Source: Candidatus Latescibacterota bacterium | GTDB taxonomy: Bacteria > Latescibacterota > UBA2968 > UBA8231 | Length of the DNA stretch: 64,000 nt | NCBI GenBank assembly: GCA_965261395.1 | Contig: OZ253462.1 | Span: forward strand, 5,664,001-5,728,000 | Reading direction: 5' to 3' | Shown here: piece by piece, positions 57,228 to 64,000 of the stretch | Layout of the letters: each line of letters starts with the position of its first letter | Numbering within the stretch: the stretch's first letter is position 1 | Position numbers and translations under genes: made by a program | Notes under the pieces: model-generated | What the model saw: only the letters and a program-made list of their open reading frames with translations | What the model was told of the DNA's origin: nothing | Databases searched by the model: none

Positions 57228-58793
57228 CTATGGGTTATGCGCCTGCTTTCGTTGGGCATCTAAGCTCTGGATAATCTCCTGTTGCTCTTCCGCTTCCCGA
57301 TAGCGCCCTGCTTTGATATAGGCATCTTTGAGCAATCGGCGGTACTCGGGATTATGCGGATCGAGGCCGATGGCCAGCTTGTACTCATTGATCGCCTTTA
57401 TATATCTGCCCTGTTGGGTATAGTGAGCGGCCAATTCGCCGTGATATTTTGGATTGTCAGGCACTAAGACGACCCGTTGTTCCATATCTGCGATATTGCC
57501 TGCGCGCAGTTTTTTGAAGATCTCCATCTCCTTGGCACCCTCCTCGCCTCTGCCCTGTTTTAGATAGGCGTTGGCCAGACCAAAATGTGCTTCGGCATTG
57601 TAGTAGTCGAGTTCGATGGCTTTTTTGAATTTGCCAATTGCTTCTTCCCCTCTGTCGATCTTGGCGTATACGGCCCCCAAGGCGTAGTGGAAAACCGACC
57701 GGTCGGGCTCGAGCCGGATGGCATATTGGAATTCCTCAATAGCTTCTTGGTACTTTTTGTCTCGCGAGTAGATCATGCCGAGCCGATAACGGGTGTAGGC
57801 CATATCGGGATTGACCGCGAGTGCCTTGACGAACTGCTCGGCTGCTTCGTCGTACTGTCGCTGGCGTTCATAGGCCATACCCAGATTGTGCTGGAACCAA
57901 CCGTTTTCGGGGGCCAATTCCACGGCCTTGCGATGCTCCTCAACGGCGGCGGCCAGCTTGTCTTGGTCCGCCATGACAGCTCCTAGCAGGGCCAAGGATT
58001 GGTCGGTGTAGACCAAGCCCAGTTTATCGTGCACATCGGCCCAACTCGGCTCGAGTTGCAATGTTCTATGGAATGCTTCTGCGGCCTCTGGAAGCTTGCC
58101 TATTGCCATATAGGCGTTCCCCAAGACATAGTGGATAGAGGGTTCGTTGGCGACTAGCTTGGCCGCCTGCCGCAATTCCTCTATGGCTTGAGAGTAATTC
58201 CCTTCTTCTATATATAGCGTCCCGAGCCGGTAGCGAGAGGGACCGTAGTCGGGGTTGATGTCGATAGCTGCTTTGAAATGCTCTGCTGCTTTAGCCCGCT
58301 CTTGAGTCTGTACGTAGATGACACCTAGACCGTGGTGGGCGGGAAAGTACTTGGGGTCAGCCTCAATGGCCTTGTGGTAAGAATCGAAAGCCTCGTCGTA
58401 CTCTTGGCGAATAAAAAAAATCTTACCCAACTTGTAGTGTGCCGGTGCGTAGCCCGGATCAATCTGGAGTACCTTGGCAAATTCCTCTTCTGCCTCGCCC
58501 AATCGGCTTTGCAGGGCGTAGATGAAACCGAGGCCGTCGTGCGGATAGATATTATTGGCATCTAATTCTATCGCTTTCCGGTACTCCCTTTCCGCGCTTT
58601 CATAGTCGCCCTTTTGGGCATGGCGCATACCGAGCCTATAGTGCTCTTGGCTCCTTGAGGAAGCATCCTGTCCGTGCGCGGCTCCAATGAGGTACAGGGT
58701 AGATATCAATGAAATTGCATAGCTGATTCGGCAAATGGTACTCGATGTCTGCCGCAGACCTGGGAAATACATGGAGAAACTATCCTCTCTCAA
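57228..58793 (-). CDS. Exported multi-TPR protein
   Basis: N-terminal signal; more than 10 tandem TPR units (AHY.LG...., A..EF..AI.LDP). Confidence 0.9.
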   Translation of the reverse strand: MREDSFSMYFPGLRQTSSTICRISYAISLISTLYLIGAAHGQDASSRSQEHYRLGMRHAQKGDYESAEREYRKAIELDANNIYPHDGLGFIYALQSRLGEAEEEFAKVLQIDPGYAPAHYKLGKIFFIRQEYDEAFDSYHKAIEADPKYFPAHHGLGVIYVQTQERAKAAEHFKAAIDINPDYGPSRYRLGTLYIEEGNYSQAIEELRQAAKLVANEPSIHYVLGNAYMAIGKLPEAAEAFHRTLQLEPSWADVHDKLGLVYTDQSLALLGAVMADQDKLAAAVEEHRKAVELAPENGWFQHNLGMAYERQRQYDEAAEQFVKALAVNPDMAYTRYRLGMIYSRDKKYQEAIEEFQYAIRLEPDRSVFHYALGAVYAKIDRGEEAIGKFKKAIELDYYNAEAHFGLANAYLKQGRGEEGAKEMEIFKKLRAGNIADMEQRVVLVPDNPKYHGELAAHYTQQGRYIKAINEYKLAIGLDPHNPEYRRLLKDAYIKAGRYREAEEQQEIIQSLDAQRKQAHNP

Positions 58794-58828
58794 AGAGCGC
58801 CGTGCGTCTTGCCGAACGGGCGGGGAGA

Positions 58829-61087
58829 CTAGTGGGTGTGTGCCACCCCGTCCAACTCATTGCCTGGGGCCATGGCGAAAGATTTGAACTGCCAGCGAGT
58901 CGGACGCGGATCACCTTCGCGAATGTACATGCCTTGATCCATTTCGATATCGTTGAAAAGCTGCACTTCCCCGCTGGTGGGCCAGACGATTTCAATAGCT
59001 TGGATAGACTCGGCCTGTCCCAAGCCTATTTCGCATTGCAGGCTGGAGGCACCAAAACTGCCCCCGCTGGTCACCGTGGAATAAATGTCGCGGCTGCCGT
59101 GTGCGGTGTTCACGCTCACCTTTACGCGCACTCCAATGGCGGCCCGATTGGTACGCCTGCCCTCGAGCCGGAGCTTGATCCAATGATTGCCATGGCCCGG
59201 ATTGGCAAAGAGGACGTTTTGGTAGGTATCGCCGGTGAAAGCCCCGCCAATGACCGAGAAAACATCTTGGTCGCCATCGTGGTCAATATCGCCAAAAGCC
59301 ACACCGTGGCCCTTTTGCAAATGTCCAAAGCCGCCCGAGGTGGTGACATCTTGGAAGAAATTGCCGTCGGCATTGCGGAACATGCGATTGGGGACTAGCG
59401 TAGCCATGTACGGGTCGCCGGTGCCGATGTAACAATCTTGGTATCCGTCGTTGTCTAGGTCGCCGAAATTGCTGCCCATGGCTAGGAGAGGCTCGTCGAG
59501 CCCTACCTTGCGCGTGACATCGGTAAAAGTACCGTCGCCGTTGTTGTGGTATAGACGGGGCTCTTCAGCGCGGTGTGGCAAGCCCAAATAAGCGGCCGCC
59601 ACGTCCGCTACCTCGCCCTTGAAACCGGCGACGAATAGATCTTGCCACCCGTCGTTGTCGTAGTCCCAAAACCAAGTCGGAAAACTGTAGGGTGGTCCGG
59701 CTACGCCTGCCGCGGCCGTCACATCGGCGAAACGCCCACTCCCCTGATTGCGAAAGAGCAGGTTGGACTCTTTAGGTTCCAGACGCGAGATATACAAATC
59801 CAGTTGTCCATCGTTGTTGTAGTCGCCCCAGACCACTCCTTTGGTCCAGCCGACCACATCGAGTCCCACTGCCTCGGCTACGTCAACGAATTGCACCGCC
59901 GATACTCCGCGTCCAGAGTCTTCGCCTTCGTTGCGGAACAACTCGCATGGATGAGTGGCTCGACCCTGCGATTCGTTGCCGACAAACAGGTCAACCCAAC
60001 CGTCGTTGTCAAAATCGCCCCAGGCCGCTGTCTGCGTTGGGTGGAAAGTGAGCAAGCCGGCTGCCTCGGTCGCATCGAAAAAGCGCCCATCCCCCCGATT
60101 GGCCAACAGCGAGTTGGGGTAGCGCCCCTCGTCGAGCCAAGCGCCGCGCAGCACCAGCACATCGGCATAGCCGTTGTTATCGTAGTCGGCCTGGCAGATG
60201 TTCAAACCACCCACAATACCCTCCAAGCCTGCCGCTTGTGTGTGATCGGCAAAGGTGCCGTCCCCTTGGTTGCGGAAGTAGCGGAGTGGGTCGCGCAGTC
60301 CCCAAGAGGAAGCCACGATATCGAGATAGCCGTCGCCGTCAAAGTCTTCCATAATAGCTCCCCCCGAAAGTCCCACCATATCCAGCCCCAACTGGGGAGC
60401 GACATCGCGAAAAACCCCAATATCGTGGTCAGAGGTGAATACTTCGGGTGGAATCAGCAAGTTCTGCGGCACCTCTTCCGGGTACTGACCCAGCGTCATA
60501 TAGGCGATATTGAGTAGCCAACGAGCCGACAAATTACCCGGATTTCTGCTCAGGATCCCCAAGAATTCCTCGACAGCGGCGCTCGATCCGCGCTTGATTT
60601 GGTGCACTCCAGTGCCACGGATCGGCATTAGACAAGAGTTGATATTGTGTTGCACAACACAGTTTTCTTGTTCGCCCAAACGGAGGTAGGCCAAGCCCAC
60701 TAGCATTTGGAGGGAATGCCGAAGCCGAGGATGATGAACCACAGTCTGTAGTTGCCGGTACTCCTGCACTGCTTGGTCGGATTGGCCGGCTTGCAGCAGT
60801 TCGTTGGCCAGAGAAAGGCGGGCTTGCAGGATTTGCTCTCGCCTCCGGGAATTGATGGCCGCACCGGATAGGCGTAGGTGGTCCAACCGAGCGCGGAAAT
60901 AGGCAACTCGGTCCAAATTCACATACGGATGCGTGGCGGGATCGACATTGACGGCTATGTCTTCTAGGAGTTCAGCCATGCGCTGGGTGCTGGCCGCCTG
61001 CTCTCGCTCAGCACAGGCTACCAAGACAAAAAAACATCCTGCAACAACGTGGACTCCGTATAGCGCGCGCTGCCTTATTATCGTCAT
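58829..61087 (-). CDS. CRTAC1 / ASPIC-UnbV FG-GAP protein with N-terminal TPR-like region, probable lipoprotein
   Basis: LVAC lipobox; GEQENC..H...SC..PI; many DYDNDG repeats; GHLQKGHG; SGGSFG; WPTSG. Confidence 0.9.
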   Translation of the reverse strand: MTIIRQRALYGVHVVAGCFFVLVACAEREQAASTQRMAELLEDIAVNVDPATHPYVNLDRVAYFRARLDHLRLSGAAINSRRREQILQARLSLANELLQAGQSDQAVQEYRQLQTVVHHPRLRHSLQMLVGLAYLRLGEQENCVVQHNINSCLMPIRGTGVHQIKRGSSAAVEEFLGILSRNPGNLSARWLLNIAYMTLGQYPEEVPQNLLIPPEVFTSDHDIGVFRDVAPQLGLDMVGLSGGAIMEDFDGDGYLDIVASSWGLRDPLRYFRNQGDGTFADHTQAAGLEGIVGGLNICQADYDNNGYADVLVLRGAWLDEGRYPNSLLANRGDGRFFDATEAAGLLTFHPTQTAAWGDFDNDGWVDLFVGNESQGRATHPCELFRNEGEDSGRGVSAVQFVDVAEAVGLDVVGWTKGVVWGDYNNDGQLDLYISRLEPKESNLLFRNQGSGRFADVTAAAGVAGPPYSFPTWFWDYDNDGWQDLFVAGFKGEVADVAAAYLGLPHRAEEPRLYHNNGDGTFTDVTRKVGLDEPLLAMGSNFGDLDNDGYQDCYIGTGDPYMATLVPNRMFRNADGNFFQDVTTSGGFGHLQKGHGVAFGDIDHDGDQDVFSVIGGAFTGDTYQNVLFANPGHGNHWIKLRLEGRRTNRAAIGVRVKVSVNTAHGSRDIYSTVTSGGSFGASSLQCEIGLGQAESIQAIEIVWPTSGEVQLFNDIEMDQGMYIREGDPRPTRWQFKSFAMAPGNELDGVAHTH

Positions 61088-61095
61088 TATTGCGT

Positions 61096-62196
61096 TTATG
61101 CCTGCAACCGCCGCACCCGCGCCGGGGTGTGGTCTTGGGAAATCTCCGAAGAGAGAATGCCCAACGAGCGGTCCGCTAGCGGCAGATCCACGCGGACAAA
61201 ACCGTCGCGGTGCGATTGGCGCAGGGCAATGGCCACTTCGAGAGCGGCCCGACCATCGTCGCCCGAGCAGCGCGGATCCGATCCCGTCTCAATGGCTTGG
61301 ATTAGATCCTCGATAATGGTCAGGCCCATGCCTTGTATATGCGTCGGATAGGGAAAGGGCACGTACGCGGGTACGCCGCGTCCCCGGTTGCCGCCCGCAG
61401 CCGTGCGGATGTACTCCATTTGAGTGCAATTGGCTAAAGAGCGGATGCGGCCCTCGGTGCCAATGACGTCGATTTCCCAGGCCGCGACTCCGGTGGGGGT
61501 GGCGCGGATAAAGGCGCGCACGCCATTGTCAAAGCTGAGGTAGCCGTTGCCCTGCGGGTCGGTTTCGCCCTCGGCCGCGGCGTCCGATTCCATTTCGCCA
61601 AAAACCCACTCGACCTGCCCTCCGGCCATGTAGCGCACAATGTCGATGAAGTGACTGCCGTTGTGCGACAGGCCGCACTGGGCGTAGCCGGTGACTTGGA
61701 GGATTTGCCCCAGCTCGCCTTGGTCAATGAGGCTGCGAGCCTGGCTGAAGAAAGGGTTCCAGCGGCGGGCGCAATTGATGGCTAGCGCCGTGCCGTGTTG
61801 GCGGCAGGCCTCGACCATGGCATCGGCTTCAGCCAAGGTTAGGGCGATGGGCTTTTCGGCCCATACGGCCTTGACGCCCGCGCGGGCGCAGTCCTGGACG
61901 ATCTGCGAGCGAATACGGGCGGTGGTGCAGACGCTGACCAGATCGAGGTTTTCTCGCTCCAGCATTTGGCGGTAGTCGCTGTAGAGATGGTCTTGCTCCA
62001 GACCCCAGCGGTCGCCGAAAATGGCGCGTTGTTCGTCGTGCAGATCGGCTCCGGCGACCAGTTCCGTATGGGCCGAAGCGCAATACGAGGGGGCGTGGCA
62101 ATAGGGCAGAAAAATGGATCCTCCTTCGCTCATTTCATCGTCGAAGGTGCTGCCCATGCGGCCCAAGCCGATAACGGCGGCGCGATAGGTAGTCAT
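61096..62196 (-). CDS. Gfo/Idh/MocA family oxidoreductase
   Basis: AVIGLGRMG, Y.DY..ML..E.LD.V.V.T, EKP, H..D. Confidence 0.92.
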   Translation of the reverse strand: MTTYRAAVIGLGRMGSTFDDEMSEGGSIFLPYCHAPSYCASAHTELVAGADLHDEQRAIFGDRWGLEQDHLYSDYRQMLERENLDLVSVCTTARIRSQIVQDCARAGVKAVWAEKPIALTLAEADAMVEACRQHGTALAINCARRWNPFFSQARSLIDQGELGQILQVTGYAQCGLSHNGSHFIDIVRYMAGGQVEWVFGEMESDAAAEGETDPQGNGYLSFDNGVRAFIRATPTGVAAWEIDVIGTEGRIRSLANCTQMEYIRTAAGGNRGRGVPAYVPFPYPTHIQGMGLTIIEDLIQAIETGSDPRCSGDDGRAALEVAIALRQSHRDGFVRVDLPLADRSLGILSSEISQDHTPARVRRLQA

Positions 62197-62389
62197 GGTC
62201 TCCTCGGGGCGTTTTGATAAAGGTGGATCAATGTGATATTGTGCGCGGCGGTGTCTAAAGTACAGCTATAACGTGCTGTGCAGCAACTCCTTTAATTTTC
62301 GCTATAAATAATCGCAAAATCAAAGGAGTGCCCTATGAATAGCCCGGCCAAACGCGCCATCGTTGTCGGCTTGGCGCGGAGTGGGTTTT

Positions 62390-64000
62390 TCACCAAAACA
62401 GTACGCCTATCCCGTTGCCGGTAGTACCTGTAAACCCATCGACTATGAGCCAAAACCCAGCGTTGGAGAACTGTCCTAGGATTAGGCCCATAAAGAAGGG
62501 GCGCACCATGTGGTGCAGCCGCGGTCCTCCGTACTTGAGCACGACCACTTTGAACAACCAAGCCAGGAATACGCTGAACCAGAGTCGCCCGACGATAAAG
62601 GATACCGTACAAATAGCAAAGCCCAATGGATGGAAAGGCCACCACAAAAAGTGGTGCCGCAACCAGAGTAACCCGCCCATTAGGGTCGCGCCAATGGCTT
62701 TGAACAGCCAGCCGTCCACCTGCACAGGCGGGGCGTTTTGAAATTTGTGGGCGATATAATTAAAGGGTGCTTGGGGACCAGCACCGAAAAACCAGCCATG
62801 CAGATTGATCCCCCCGTAGGTGTAGGCCAAGTAGAGAATGGTCGCGACCGATCCGGCCAAGGTCACTAAAATGGCCAGAGCTAGGGCCCAGAATAAGGGT
62901 CGGAGATTGGTGATCCCTTCGACTATCTTCAAGCCGTTGGCGCACGAGGCCATGACAAAAGTGCGCACATCGCCGTGCCATATATAGGTATAGGCAAGGG
63001 CCACCAAGCCTTCGGCTCCCACTATGGATGTACCCAGTCCCGAGACCGCGAAGGTCGAGGCGATCATGGGGCTGCGGGCGGCGGCAACGCCGCCCTCAAC
63101 CACTATGCGGGACAAGCCGAAGAATATGAGCAGGGCGACGGCCAGAAACACCAAGAGTGGCAACAGGGGGATACCCGATGACCAGAGCCACAACACCATG
63201 ACCGCAATCCCGCCGGACAGCCCTAGCACAGCGGCCCGGTAGGACATGATCTCGCCGGCATCTTCGTCCCCTTGCCCTTTCCAAGCTTGGCGTCCAACAG
63301 TGGCAAAGTGGGACCGGGCCTGCCACAGTCCCACGACCACATAGGCCAACAGCGCTCCAATTCCCTGGTGGGCCAATAGCGGCGATTCCGGGGTGCCGTA
63401 CACACTGACGACCTCGGTGCTATGGAGCCCCACTACACTGAAAGCCCCTTTTTCGAGCATGGCCAGCAGGGTAAAAACCCACAGACCCAAAGCGATATCC
63501 AGGTTGACAAAAAAGAAAATGCCCACGGCGCTGAAGCTCAACATAATGGGCAGGTTCACCGTATCGCGCAGGATGCCCAAGGAGGTTGACATGGATACTG
63601 CTGGCACGGACGGATAGTAGTGGTGTAGCCCTTTTAGGCTGCCCACGACTAAGGCCAAGCCAAAACCGATCCACATCAACCCGCTGCGAAAAAAAGGTGG
63701 GATAGATCCCTCGTCCTGTTGGATCATGGCCGCCGGTACTTGGACGAGGGGATAGACCAGTCTTTCGTACTCCATCCACTGGCGTCGGATGATCACCGCG
63801 GCACAAATCATGGTCAGATAGAGCGCCGCAATGAAAAGACCCCAGGCGCACAGCGGTACTAGCCACGCTTCCCAGGGAATGGCCATGCCCCGGGGCAGTC
63901 CTTCGTAGAAGAATTTGGTCGCCAGTGGATCTTCGACTACCATCCACGACTTTACATGAGGCTGGATATAAGCTTGCCAATCATTTTCGGGTGTGGCGTA
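62390..64000 (-). CDS. Second DUF6785/DUF6784-like membrane protein (5' end beyond the window)
   Basis: Frame is open to the window edge (YATPENDWQ...); shares FYEGLP.G.AIPW, RRQW...E.LVYPLVQVP, WWPFHPLG and PFFMGLILG with 38682-40670. Confidence 0.8.
   Translation of the reverse strand, partial: YATPENDWQAYIQPHVKSWMVVEDPLATKFFYEGLPRGMAIPWEAWLVPLCAWGLFIAALYLTMICAAVIIRRQWMEYERLVYPLVQVPAAMIQQDEGSIPPFFRSGLMWIGFGLALVVGSLKGLHHYYPSVPAVSMSTSLGILRDTVNLPIMLSFSAVGIFFFVNLDIALGLWVFTLLAMLEKGAFSVVGLHSTEVVSVYGTPESPLLAHQGIGALLAYVVVGLWQARSHFATVGRQAWKGQGDEDAGEIMSYRAAVLGLSGGIAVMVLWLWSSGIPLLPLLVFLAVALLIFFGLSRIVVEGGVAAARSPMIASTFAVSGLGTSIVGAEGLVALAYTYIWHGDVRTFVMASCANGLKIVEGITNLRPLFWALALAILVTLAGSVATILYLAYTYGGINLHGWFFGAGPQAPFNYIAHKFQNAPPVQVDGWLFKAIGATLMGGLLWLRHHFLWWPFHPLGFAICTVSFIVGRLWFSVFLAWLFKVVVLKYGGPRLHHMVRPFFMGLILGQFSNAGFWLIVDGFTGTTGNGIGVLFW

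Noticed and set aside
50010-60517. Long plus-strand ORFs (50010-50885, 54267-55013, 58745-59398, 59642-60517)
   Set aside because: Antisense to well-supported minus-strand genes.

Overview
GC-rich diderm bacterial chromosome segment. The gene content and protein families suggest an FCB-group lineage such as Latescibacterota (inference, not proven). (1) 1-6.9 kb: housekeeping block on the minus strand (TPR protein, efp, accB, accC, gcvH, HNH, scpA, scpB, rluB-type pseudouridine synthase, cmk). (2) About 7.1-22.0 kb: accessory island next to the 3' end of tRNA-Lys(CTT). It carries a Cre-like tyrosine recombinase with an altered catalytic His, several small cassette-like genes, and a DUF1156 methyltransferase / DUF499 ATPase (with Swt1-type HEPN) / SNF2-DUF3883 restriction-like defence operon. 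That operon contains an intact MNT antitoxin and an internally deleted HEPN remnant. (3) 22-38.6 kb: metabolic and transport genes, a TonB-dependent receptor, an XRE-ImmA/PIN cassette flanked by a duplicated 3' end of an MFS gene, and an aminotransferase-aldolase-atypical dipeptidase-dioxygenase operon. (4) 38.7-64 kb: a large envelope-protein cluster of unknown function. It encodes two DUF6785/DUF6784-like membrane proteins, three ASPIC/UnbV FG-GAP proteins, a TPR protein, a PPIase lipoprotein, a probable outer-membrane protein, three paralogous secreted proteins with FTPNGDGxND/FlgD-Ig C-terminal domains, and a protein ending in a TAVESDSWGNIK tail. This cluster is the best candidate for an undescribed surface capture/uptake or secretion system. 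All family assignments come from motif recognition by eye, not from database searches.
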